This document shows positions 25,253 through 36,284 of a stretch of DNA of 54,863 nt, in pieces. The position numbers and the translations under genes are program-made. The notes under the pieces were generated by a model. That model saw nothing but the letters and a program-made list of their open reading frames with translations, searched no databases and was not told where the DNA came from. Each line of letters starts with the position of its first letter. Position 1 is the stretch's first letter. The DNA is from Nemertoderma westbladi (lineage: Eukaryota > Animalia > Xenacoelomorpha), in the NCBI GenBank assembly GCA_032718475.1, contig JAUCBJ010005428.1, forward strand, positions 1-54,863, read 5' to 3'.

Positions 25253-27467
25253 TGTTTTAAATAAACAATTTATATTAATGTTTTATATTGTAAATTATTG
25301 GTTACGTTTCAAATAAAAACAATAAACGATAGTTTTTAAAGTATTCAGCTGTTTTGTTTGCATCGATTTCACGTTGGAGGGTGATGAACTTTGATTTTGT
25401 CCATAGTCTCAACTCAACCCACCTGCTAGGTATACTACAAGCACAGTATACTAGCTAGGTATACTACAGTACTACAAGTACAGTATACTAGCTAGGTATA
25501 CTACAAGCACAGTATACTGAACTGAACAGAAATTTATTTTTTCACAATAATAGGTTAGGTAGAAATACGCAGCCACATGGAAGAGTAATTAAATTATTAA
25601 GACAAGAAATTACTTGCAAACCAGCTATGCAGGTAATAGCTGCAACCAGAGAGGATTGGGGTGAGGGGAGGGGGGGGGGGCGACAAATTGAAGATAAATT
25701 CATAAATTATACACAAATAAATGTAAACTTTTATTTTTCATATCTTTAGTGTACTGTATAAAATATAATTAACAATTATTAAGAATTAATACGATTAAGA
25801 TAGTTATTGATAAGTTTGAAAAGACGATATACTGTGAATTAATTTATATTTAATTGAATTTGAGGTACATGACAGGGACTAGATACGTTAATTTTGTTAG
25901 GATAAAATCTTAAAAGAAAAAATATAGATATGATAAACTAAAGGTCATTTAATAACTTACGTTTTAATTTTTTTTTAAAAAGATGTTTGTTTGGCAGAGA
26001 TTTAAGACTATTGTCTACTAAAGAATTCCATATAGATGGACCGTTGTATGACAGCGAGTTTTTAGCAACTAAAAGTCGAACACGAGGAATAAAATAATTA
26101 CCAGATAATGCCGCACGTGTACCATAATTATAACGAACCTGCCTATTAATAGGCCAGGGTAGTTTTTGTCAAGAGTTGAGCCGTTCAAAAACACGATGTG
26201 GTTATGTGTGTGTGTGTATATATGTATAACCATCCAATATCTCAAAAACTCAAGCAGGTACGCAAAAATTTTAATAACAAACTCTACATAAATTTTGGTT
26301 GCGCACAAGACTGTAGATTTTTTGTGGCGTTTCGATCACGGGGTCACTGAAAAATAGCGGTTTTGAAAGTTTAAAGACGAATTTCACCGATTTCAACTCG
26401 TCGAGTATGCAACAACTTTTTTATTTGGGCTATTCAGTCACTTGAGCAACATATTTGTGCCTCAGAATCTTTTCAAATATCGCCAATCTCGCACAGAACG
26501 TCGCCAAAATTTGTTAGTCCGGCAAAAAAACTCACTAATTCGTCTAAAAGAGTAAATTATTTGGTTACAGAATAATACTGTATGATTCAACTAGAAAAGC
26601 CAGCCAGCTGGCAGTAAGGAGACCCTCCATAGACAAACGTAGTGTTAGTTGGGTCCCTCCTCATTCATTATCATCAACCTATAAAACATTTAAACGGCCC
26701 AGTGCTTACAATTCAATTACCTGGCCTCCCATCTAACATAGCAGTGAGTAGTATAACCTTATAGCAAAATAATTAGTATTAATCCCTGAAACAATATGTT
26801 TAGCGCTTCGAAAGTACTTGTCCCTAACTAAAATTATGTCCTATTTCAGATGAGATAAATAAAAATGTAATAGCTCCAGTTGTTTTCCAGATATCAGCAC
26901 CTTTCGAAATTGATAAAATTACTCAAAATACATCCCCCTTCAAAGACTTTGGTATAACCATTAAACCATATTTGCTTTTTTGGTTAGTCGAATTAATTAT
27001 TAGTAATCGAAAGCGAAATTAGAATAAAATCTTCATTGTTTATTTTTTAATTGTCACTAAAAGAGCACCAAAATTACAATACAAGTAGCTCGAAATTTTC
27101 AAATAACTAAAAGTGATAATTTGGCCGTATAGTTTGGCTACTGAGGTTTTAAAATGTACTCATTGGCAAGGTTTATACAATTGTGGTATTTTCAAAAATG
27201 GCAAATTTGTCAGTCGAAAATTCGAAGTGCCAGCCAGAGAAGTTGGCACGAGGATCGTCGGTATTAAATTATTAAACAATAAATTTGTTTGATTTATAGA
27301 AATAGATTAACGAAGGTCGTGGGTATAATATGATTGAATATTTTGTTTGATTTATGGAAATAAATAATGAATGAATTTTGTATAAATAAGTTTTCCATAA
27401 AATATTTGGTGCTGAAAGAATTGTTTCTGGTTGACAAGTAATTATTTTAGGGATAGGGAGATAGAGA

Positions 27468-27600
27468 AATTGTTCTTGGGGAAATGAATAATTGTTTTTG
27501 GGGGATGAATAATTGTTCTTGGGGGATAAATAATTGTTCTTGGGGGATAAATAATTGTTCTTGGGGGATAAATAATTGTTCTTGGGGGATAAATAATTGT
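27468..27600. repeat. 21-bp short tandem repeat (~6 copies)
   Basis: Unit AATAATTGTTCTTGGGGGATA; a related degenerate copy lies at ~23855-23990. Confidence 0.75.
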
Positions 27601-27691
27601 TTTTGGTTAGAGATACTGTATTCTAAATAGGGGAATTGGTGCTACAAAAATATATATTTGGTGCTAAATATTTTTTTTGGTGTCAAATCAG

Positions 27692-28357
27692 AATAAAGCA
27701 GAAAACAATGGTTGGCTATATTTGTTCACTACGTTCAGCGAAAATAAAAAATTAAACGTTATAATTAGCTACTAATGTCAGAATGTCCTTTGCTATGTAA
27801 ATTCGAGCGGGATTTTTAAATTGCAGAATTGATAACATAAACAATCAGTTACTAATCCTGTACCGGTACTAGACTAGATTATGAACTATTTCGACTGCTG
27901 GACTGAACTACGAGCTTCCCGATGAATGCGGTGTGGCATTCAAGGTGTAGAAATGCTCGGTTGGACATGGCACATGAAGTAAAGTAAACCCGAGAACAAT
28001 GACGACGAGTCCAAATAAACCCGGAATGACGGACTGACTGCTGGACTGAGTCAAATAAACTCAGCATAAAGACTACAGAGTCCAGAATTCGTTTTACTCC
28101 ATGTGGTTTCTGTCCATCCGAGCATTTTTTCCCCTAAATTCCACACCGTACTCATCGTTAAGCTCGCAGTTTAGTCGAATCGTATATATTCTATTCTATT
28201 GCAATACCGGTACTGGCTGAATTGGTATCAATTCTGCAATATAAAAATCCCGCTATTCACTTAGAAATGGTTATATTTCAATAGGCCTAATCATGATATT
28301 TAATTTCGAATTTTCGCCGAAGAAATATACCGAACTATTGTTTTCTGTCTCAATATT
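27692..28357. mobile_element. Degenerate long palindrome (foldback MITE-like)
   Basis: AGCGGGATTTTTAAATTGCAGAATTGATA (~27807) pairs with TATCAATTCTGCAATATAAAAATCCCGCT (~28226); further nested inverted matches on both sides. Confidence 0.6.
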
Positions 28358-28587
28358 TTAATATAAATCCAGGTGTTTCTAGATGATTCTGGCATTAAAC
28401 GTAGGTGTTCCGCTTTTTGTACGTACCAACTAATAACTACCGGTACCGCTACAGGTAGTGGTTCTACACTGATAACTAAATGAAAATGAAATACCGGTAT
28501 ACTGTATTGCGCAAGCTTTGTAGATTTGAATTAGCGGCCTAACCCCTAACTGATAATTATAATTTCTATTGTATTATTTCATCTTGT

Positions 28588-30177
28588 ATGAATTTCTATT
28601 GTAATAGTATTATTTCAACATTTTATAGGACCTACCGCTTTGATTTAAGAGATTTAAGATTTAATGACAGTTGTCTTACACTAGTCAATAAGACAATGAA
28701 TGGAAATAAAGATACTTCTATCTCTGAGGCTGATGCGGCAGTTGGGTCGAATGTGTTTGCGCAATTGTTTAGGGCACAAGCTCTTCAAAACATATTTTGT
28801 TATTTAGACACTAATGATCAATTAGAGTTTTGTAAGGTGTCGAAATTCTTTCAGAAAATTAGTCCATATTTGCTCCATGGTGTTCGTAAGCTAATTCTGC
28901 CATACCGTTGCTCAAATGAGAATAGTTGTACCTTGTATCATCCCACCACTGTGACGGAGTTGCGAGCTATTCTTAGTAAATTCTCATTTCTCCGCGAGCT
29001 TGAGTTCACTGATCCTGCAAGTGGCGAGTCTACCGTGGAAGTGTTGAGGGCAGTCTCGGAAACTAACCCTCATCTAAATAAATTGTATATTTCCTTCAAC
29101 CACAAACATCATCTAGACAAAGAGTCACTCCGGGCAATGCCGTACCTCTTCCCCAGTGTTACGCATCTCACAATTTACGGACACGAGGAAAACAAGTTGG
29201 GGAGGATGATTTGGGAATTGAAAGAAAGGGAGTTGTTTATTATACTTAGTGGAATTGGATTGCAATTAAGATATCTGAATATCTGTGGCCATTTCGACTG
29301 TAAATCCTTTAGTAAAGTCGCGCTACCAAAATTAGAAACCCTGATTATCTTACTCGCAAACGGGGACCGCTTTCGTCCCAATTCATTTTGCGATATTGGA
29401 AAAACTTCATCGAGTCTTAAGGAAATTACTTTGAACGGCCAGAAAAAAGGTCTCGAACAACTGTATCCACACCTGAACCCCGACAATCTCGCTCCCGTCG
29501 ATCCACGGGATGCTCTTAAGATCATCGAATTTGAATCAATTAAGAAATATCTCCCTCAGTTAAGAGTGAAGGTGATTCGCGAACGAACCCCTTTCTATAG
29601 GGAAGATATTCTAACAATATATCGAGATAACAAACAGAAGAAGGTCGAGTTAGATATCCATTTCACCGCTCCTGGGGATGAGGACGATATGGATGACGAG
29701 GCTTGGGATACCATGTATATTTACCTTCCAATATGTCACTGTATTACCACATTCAAAGCGTCTCATATATATGATAGATCTACGATGGAGATATTCGCTA
29801 ATTCTATCTGTTTGTTTTCTGTTTTGGAATATTTAGACGTAACTTTTTCTATAGACGATGACAGGCAACCTAGTGATGATAGCTCGGATTTCCTTGACAC
29901 GATGTTGGGGAATCTCCCCGCTACTATGAGGGAACTTCGAGTCGATGAAAAGTACAACTTTGATTGTTACCACGACAACGTAGTTGATGGTTGTGAGTCT
30001 TGCGGAGTGGGCCCACCTCAAAGAATCTGGCCTCATTCAGTCGATCTATTAGTTGCATCGCGGTATCTACTAACCAAAGTCCATCTATCGGCTCCCAATG
30101 GCTCAGATGTCATTCAATATGCCTCAAACACTCACCCGAATATCGATTGGAGCTGGACGACTCTAGTCGGGCATTGA
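28588..30177 (+). CDS. F-box/LRR (RNI-like) protein, single coding exon; true start may be ATG 28696
   Basis: 529-aa ORF with an N-terminal F-box-like ALQNIFCYLDTNDQLEFCKVSKFF followed by LxxLxL repeats (FLRELEF, LNKLYI, VTHLTI, LRYLNI, LETLII, LKEITL, LEYLDV, MRELRV). Confidence 0.75.
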   Translation: MNFYCNSIISTFYRTYRFDLRDLRFNDSCLTLVNKTMNGNKDTSISEADAAVGSNVFAQLFRAQALQNIFCYLDTNDQLEFCKVSKFFQKISPYLLHGVRKLILPYRCSNENSCTLYHPTTVTELRAILSKFSFLRELEFTDPASGESTVEVLRAVSETNPHLNKLYISFNHKHHLDKESLRAMPYLFPSVTHLTIYGHEENKLGRMIWELKERELFIILSGIGLQLRYLNICGHFDCKSFSKVALPKLETLIILLANGDRFRPNSFCDIGKTSSSLKEITLNGQKKGLEQLYPHLNPDNLAPVDPRDALKIIEFESIKKYLPQLRVKVIRERTPFYREDILTIYRDNKQKKVELDIHFTAPGDEDDMDDEAWDTMYIYLPICHCITTFKASHIYDRSTMEIFANSICLFSVLEYLDVTFSIDDDRQPSDDSSDFLDTMLGNLPATMRELRVDEKYNFDCYHDNVVDGCESCGVGPPQRIWPHSVDLLVASRYLLTKVHLSAPNGSDVIQYASNTHPNIDWSWTTLVGH

Positions 30178-30802
30178 TAACTAACTATAACCGTTTGCGT
30201 TATTAGTAGTTACGGAACTTTTATTTTATGGTTGTAAACACCATTGATGTAAAATGTGTTGTGTATAAAATTGTGTAAAACTACAGAAATTGTAGGCCTA
30301 CGATATTTTGCTAATTTGAACAATTATTATTGTGGTTTAAAAATATCTTATTATACCTGAATAACAAACTTTTCATGGGTAAATATTTTGACTCAATTAT
30401 TATATTCTAAAGTAGCGAGATGAATTGTGGGGCTAGCCATGTGAGACTTTTAGACATCATCAGTTTAACATACTCCCACTAGAGGGCTAAATATCTAAAC
30501 ATTAAACGTCCTCCCATTATGAACCATCTGCAAATCCCAACTCTGCACTAAAGGACGCAATGAAACTTGGCAGTTATGTACTAGACAACAGGCAACAGGC
30601 TACTTTTTTATATGGACGCGGATCCACTCTGCTGCTGGTAGAGGGAGAACTGACTGAAAGTCAGTGATAAGTGACTCAGTGATCAGACTAATAAGTGAAT
30701 CATATCCTTAAAAATCCAGAGTTAAATCTAATATTAGTGACGATTGCTGCATTCCATTCATTGTTCAATTTTTACAAGTAGACCTAAATGTTTATTTTAA
30801 AG

Positions 30803-30964
30803 GTTTCACAATGCCGCTGATGAGATTGTCTTGAACCATGACGTCATTCCACCAATCAACGATGACATTCAACTCAGTGTCGACGAATACCGGCAAAAAC
30901 TCTATGAGATGATAGTCGAGAAGAAAAACCAAATGAGAAGAATAAAAAGGGAAACAGTGAAAAG
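30803..30964 (+). CDS. MAPK15: MAPK15 exon (post-kinase region)
   Basis: R-FHNAADEIVLNHDVIPPINDDIQLSVDEYRQKLYEMI..., the characteristic MAPK15 LSVxEYRxKLY segment; phase 2 to 2; donor GTATGA. Confidence 0.9.
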
Positions 30965-31086
30965 GTATGAGAAGTGGACTTAAATATATAGAGAAGTACA
31001 CCTGGGAGTAAAGGTGTCGAAGGGACTGATGGTATGGACGTAATGATGCGTTGTTATCTGATATTCAGAAGAATATTATTTTTTAG

Positions 31087-31280
31087 GACTCAATCAGCGA
31101 TTCCACAGCCAACACATCAGCCGACCAATCAATATACCTCCAATGGAACCCACCAACCGACAAACGAGCTGATTGGAGAGCCAAAACAATTAACACCTCG
31201 TGTAACTCAAGCTGGTTCCACAAATGGTGTTAGTGGAACAGGAGAACACCCATCATTGACTCCCTCAAGACATATTGAAT
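31087..31280 (+). CDS. MAPK15: MAPK15 C-terminal extension exon (predicted)
   Basis: TTTTAG acceptor, open frame TQSAIPQPTH...RHIE, donor GTTAGT; phase 2 to 1. Confidence 0.65.
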
Positions 31281-31469
31281 GTTAGTCTGAGTAGCCCTAC
31301 ATTACTTTGTCAAACATGTCGACATGTGGTGCTCCTTTTCACAGGCGGATGAGCAGTCTGAGAGCCAACGTTATGATAGCCCTACAGAAAGTGAGAGTTC
31401 TTTATAGATTCATTTAGTCGTATTAGACCTAATCATCTCACTACTTCCATCGCCCACTATGTTAACAGA

Positions 31470-31640
31470 CCTTGGTGTTAGTGGTTAACTCATTTGCCTT
31501 GAATTCGTATCTCTAGCTCCAGGGATCATTGAATCGTGCACCGCAAGTGGTCACGGGAGGTTACGTTATGGCACAATTAAAGCTAAAGGGACTCACCCAG
31601 GGCGCATCTCTACGTATCCAGGGCGCATCTCTGCCTTGCT
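31470..31640 (+). mobile_element. Degenerate tRNA-derived SINE copy
   Basis: Shares CCTTGGTGT.AGTGGTT, TAAAGGGAC and GGCGCATCTCTGCCTTGC with the element at 49627. Confidence 0.55.
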
Positions 31641-31687
31641 AAATTGACTACTTTTTTTAACCTTTCACCCAACGGTTTTTCTTTCAG

Positions 31688-31885
31688 CTGCAGCAGCCAA
31701 TGATCAACCTCAATCTGGTATGCAATACGGCCAATCCGGACGCAGTAACAATAACATGAAGCCTACCAGATACCGGTCGCCTTACAGCCAATACGCGATT
31801 AATAGGGAACGCCAGGATCAGGGTTACTATGGCAACCAGAGATTGGACGGGACCGGAGACAGAGAACATTACGATCAAAGCAATG
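31688..31885 (+). CDS. MAPK15: MAPK15 C-terminal extension exon (predicted)
   Basis: TTTCAG acceptor, AAANDQPQSGMQYGQ...YDQSN, donor GTTGGT; phase 1 to 1. Confidence 0.68.
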
Positions 31886-32007
31886 GTTGGTTGATGGATT
31901 GACTTTTACGATCGCGGGTTGAGCGGTCTATCTCTTTTTGCATTGTGCATTTGCAACGGGTGGTGTTTCTTACGAACTTAACAACTAAATCTTTACATTT
32001 TTTTCAG

Positions 32008-32144
32008 CGTCGTTTTATCAAAGTCGATCCGGGATTCGAACTGCTCCTAACCGGTACGGTTACGGTCGACCTACTCCGACATTGCCGCAGAATCAGCAGC
32101 AAAACCCGCAGCAAATGGGAGCTGGGACGAGGCCAGCTGATACA
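32008..32144 (+). CDS. MAPK15: MAPK15 C-terminal extension exon (predicted)
   Basis: TTTTCAG acceptor, SFYQSRSGIRTAPNRYGYG...RPADT, donor GTTAGT; phase 1 to 0. Confidence 0.68.
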
Positions 32145-32211
32145 GTTAGTATTTATTGTCGGTATTAATTAATTGTTGGAGTTCAGGATTTATTATGTTA
32201 TAATAATTGAC

Positions 32212-32768
32212 GAGCTGAGCATAAAAAGATCCTATGTGACAAAAGTGTCATTCTGAGAAAATCACACTTTTGCGTTTTTTTTTACCTACACATTACAGTT
32301 GATGTTGGCATTCTGTATTTTTGCATGCAAGTACAGGGATGTACTTCAAAATCTTTACTTTCAAAAAAAAGTTTTCAAAATTTTCAAAATTGTTTTGCAT
32401 ATATTATACAGTATTGTTGTACATAAGACCTTTTTTGTTTATGTCTATGCGATTTTTACTGTACATAGGACTATTTTACTCCAGCATATCAGACAGTATA
32501 GTTCATATGATCTCAGAACCTTATTGGTTAGTTAAGTTAGGTCTCATAGGACCTCTGTATGAGTATAACTCTGATTCTCAAGTTAAGTTAGGTCTCATAG
32601 GACCTCTGTATGAGTATAACTCTGATTCTCAAGTTAAGTTAGGTCTCATAGGACCTCTGTATGAGTATAACTCTGATTCTCAAGTTAAGTTAGGTCTCAT
32701 AGGACCTCTGTATGACTATAACTCTGATTCTAAGAAAAAGTCACATAGGACCTTTTTATGCTCAACCC
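32212..32768. mobile_element. MITE with ~28-bp TIRs and an internal 51-bp x4 tandem repeat (32531-32730)
   Basis: GCTGAGCATAAAAAGATCCTATGTGAC pairs with GTCACATAGGACCTTTTTATGCTCAAC. Confidence 0.7.
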
Positions 32769-33477
32769 TTCAATAATTCTATCGGTATATATTATTATGT
32801 ATTAAATAACAAATGATAATCATTTAATAATTGTAATGTTATTATTATATTGTACGAAAAAAATTAAATAATTTTGATGGAATTACTTAAATTTTATTAC
32901 ATGTGCTGAAGGACCATCGGTGTAGAAAAGGTTTGCAAATAATTTGATCAAAATCTATTCACTCACTCAAAAGTTATTGCAACTTTAGTGTCTGCGCGGC
33001 GTACACCAAATGGGAACTCAATATCCAATATTGGTTTATGTTGTTAAGCGGCTCTCTAGTTACGTAATAAATATTCGAGAACACTAAATTATTTTAACAT
33101 TGAGTAAGGCAGCATCAGGAGTTGAAGAATACAATAATTTGAATCGCAGTAACTATGGAAGCAATATAGTAAAATACTACAGTTCAATTTATTTTGTAAC
33201 ACTATATAGTGCACTTCTTTTATTAAAGTTTTGAGCAACAAAAGGTACCAATTTAAGAATAAAATTACGTATTACTTGAGAAAAAAGGACATTTTTTTAA
33301 ATATTCGCTCGACCCTTTATTAACCTCGCTGGCGCGCGGCGCTCGGTAAATAAAATGCCTCGAGAAAAATCTCTACTTTTTTTCCCAAATAATTATTTAT
33401 TGTATTCGCGGTATTCTTATTGGTTGTTTGGGCTGTATTTTCTTACAGTAATAATAATAAATAATTTTATTTTCCAG

Positions 33478-33531
33478 TATTATGGATATGGTAACTCTCG
33501 ACAGAATTACAATCAGCCCTCCACTTATACG
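33478..33531 (+). CDS. MAPK15: MAPK15 C-terminal extension exon (predicted, 54 bp)
   Basis: TTTCCAG acceptor, YYGYGNSRQNYNQPSTYT, donor GTGAGT; phase 0 to 0. Confidence 0.68.
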
Positions 33532-33773
33532 GTGAGTTATGTAAAAGTATTAATAGGCGGGAGATTATTATTTATGTTGTAATGGGAAAGGCCTTAGCGC
33601 AGCACGTGACTTTATGCCTCATTCGAGATTTTGGGTACCAATTAACTGTAGAGTTAAGAACAAACACCCTGTAGTTAATTAATTCCCAATGGGTTGATCA
33701 ATCAATTTCGATACAGTAATTATTACATTTAATCTCACCTATTTAGAGTAAGTATGGTTACTATGGTTACCAG

Positions 33774-33938
33774 AGACCATCTCAATCAGAATCTACCCAA
33801 TCAGTACAGAGACACGTTTCCGCACCTGTAAGGGGAACCAATAGGGGGTCTACGTTCTCTTCAGCTCTGAGGAATCCCACGGTGTTGAGAGAAGATAGAC
33901 AACCTCAGTCGAATCTTACTGTAACCAGTTCTAGAATG
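33774..33938 (+). CDS. MAPK15: MAPK15 C-terminal extension exon (predicted)
   Basis: CAG acceptor, RPSQSESTQ...VTSSRM, donor GTGAGT; phase 0 to 0. Confidence 0.68.
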
Positions 33939-34034
33939 GTGAGTCACATTAATTAACCGACCAATGTTCAATATATTACACTTATTAACAGTATCGGAAT
34001 TATAACAATTTATGATATAATTAATAGCCCGAGT

Positions 34035-34463
34035 TCAATTTATTTTGTATTCATCACCATTACCTTTGGTACACTTGGTGTCCAAACTGTGTTTATCGTT
34101 GTAAACAGCCTGTAATATTTCTACTCTCTCTTTATTCCAAACTATTGCGTGGTAGGCCTCCGTTACGTTAGTTGCTAGGTAACCAACGCCAAACAGACCT
34201 AGAAGATTGGCCAATCTCGGCTGGCTCACTGTACATTTACACGTCTCCATGGTAACCCTCGGGTAGTAGTGCAGGTAGTTAACGCACATTTCTTGGTCCA
34301 GACCCATGCCGCTGACTGTGACGTCATTACGATTTCTGGTGTCATAGAAACATTCCGTTCTCATCTCATCCCCTGGGTACACTGTGACCGGGGGTAGGAT
34401 GGTGTGTATCAGTTGGAACCAGGTAGAGAAGTGGGGGTCCTTGTCTAAGGTAGACCAATTACC
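34035..34463 (-). CDS. DBH/TBH-like copper type II monooxygenase, exon 3
   Basis: TTGTAG acceptor; DPHFSTWFQ...PGDEMRTECFYDT...EMCVNYLHYYP (CuM Met); stop at 34035. Confidence 0.88.
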   Translation of the reverse strand, partial: GNWSTLDKDPHFSTWFQLIHTILPPVTVYPGDEMRTECFYDTRNRNDVTVSGMGLDQEMCVNYLHYYPRVTMETCKCTVSQPRLANLLGLFGVGYLATNVTEAYHAIVWNKERVEILQAVYNDKHSLDTKCTKGNGDEYKIN

Positions 34464-34574
34464 CTACAATACAAACATTTTTGTTAGAATTACTGTTATA
34501 TGGAATGTGAGTTAATATCAGTAAATTAAGTCGAAATTCCTTATAACAAACAAGTACAGGTAGTGTGATAAACC

Positions 34575-35620
34575 CTTGTGTTAAACATTTATTACCACAT
34601 ATAAGCTTCTCCTACCTTGTGGAAACATTTGTTACCACTGACCTCTCCTACCTTGAGGTAAACATTTCTTACCACTGGCCTCTCATACCTTGTGTTGAAC
34701 ATTAATTACCATACCAATATAAGCTTCTATTACCTTGTGGTAAACATTTGTTACCACATATAAGCTTCTCCTACCTTGTGGTAAACGTTTGTTACCTCTG
34801 ACCTCTTTTACCTTGAGGTAGCATTTCTTACCACTGGCCTCTCATACGTTGTGTTAAACATAGTTATTAATATAAGCCTATCTTACCTTGTGGTAAACAT
34901 TTCTTACCACTGGCTTTTCCATTCTTGTGGTAAACATTTCTTACCACTGGCCACCACACATCTCTTCTATCTTGTGGTAAACATTTGTTACTAATGGCCT
35001 CTCCTTTCTTGTGGTAGACATTTGTTAATACTGGCCTCTCCTACCTTGTGGTAAACATTTGTTACTACTGGCCTCTCCTACCTCGTGGTAAACATTTCTT
35101 ACCACTGGCCTCCCATACCTTGTGTTATGCATTAGTTACCAATATATACGCCTCCCTCCCATACCTTGTGGTAAACATTAGTTGCCACTGGCCTCTCCTA
35201 CCTTGTGGTAAACATTTGTTACTACTGGCCTCTCCTACATTGTGGTAAACAATTGTTTCTATTGGCCTCTCCTGCATTTGTAAACATTATTGTTACCACC
35301 CATCTCTCATTTGGTAAACATTTCTTACCACTGGCCTCTCATACCTTGTGTTAAACATTAGTTACCACTGACCTATCCTACCTTGTGGTAAACATTGGTT
35401 GCCACTGACCTCTCTTACCTTGAGGTAAACATTTGTTACCACTGATCTCTCATACCTTCTGTTAAACATTAGTTACCACTGACCTATCCTACCTTGTGGT
35501 AAACATTGGTTGCCACTGACCTCTCTTACCTTGATGTAAACATTAGTTACCACTGGTCTCTCATCCCTTGTGTAAACATTTGTTACCACTGACCTCTCCT
35601 ACCTTGTGGTAAACATTTGT
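34575..35620 (-). repeat. Degenerate ~37-bp tandem array (~27 copies) of the monooxygenase exon 2 end plus splice donor
   Basis: Minus-strand unit ACAAATGTTTACCACAAG|GTAGGAGAGGTCAGTGGTA; the first copy is the real exon end (TNVYHK|GT). Confidence 0.85.
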
Positions 35621-35781
35621 TCGAACTTCAGTTCCTACAAGGTGACTATGGAGTTGTGAGCCGAATACGTTGATCCCATTGGTTGGAAGAGCTTCCTCTG
35701 TGCATTGTGATGGACAATGACATCCCCATTTGAAGTTGGGTTGTAATGGGGGTATAGCTAATCGGTTGTTATAAACAACGC
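35603..35781 (-). CDS. DBH/TBH-like monooxygenase, exon 2
   Basis: TTTCAG acceptor; G-VVYNNRLAIPP...HCPSQCT..ALPTNGINVFGSQLHSHLVG (CuM HxH); donor GTAGGA. Confidence 0.9.
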
Positions 35782-35887
35782 CTGAAAGGATACATAATAA
35801 ACCTATAACCACAGTCATGAGGGAAATATACGAGACCTATAAAGCTTTCAAGGAAATATAGTCTATTTCGAATGATGCAGAATCTGA

Positions 35888-36170
35888 ATTATACTGTCAC
35901 TACATTATACTGACACTACATTATACTGACACTACATTATACTGACACTACATTATACTGTCACTACATTATACTGACACTACATTATACTGACACTACA
36001 TTATACTGACACTACATTATACTGACACTACATTATACTGACACTACATTATACTGACACTACATTATACTGACACTACATTATACTGACACTACATTAT
36101 ACTGACACTACATTATACTGACACTACATTATACTGACACTACATTATACTGACACTACATTATACTGAC
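35888..36170. repeat. 16-bp minisatellite (~17 copies)
   Basis: Unit TACATTATACTGACAC. Confidence 0.95.
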
Positions 36171-36284
36171 TGGTTCCAAAGTTTAAAACAAAATATTATA
36201 TCTCACAACATGCAAGGCACTTTATGACAATGATTATTATATTTTTGACAATGATATTATTATTTCCTATTAGTGTCTTTGATT

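Noticed and set aside
31345-31390. Possible extra MAPK15 exon ADEQSESQRYDSPTE
   Set aside because: It has plausible splice sites but needs a phase-0 upstream donor. The evident donor at 31281 is phase 1 and would give a stop. Left unresolved.
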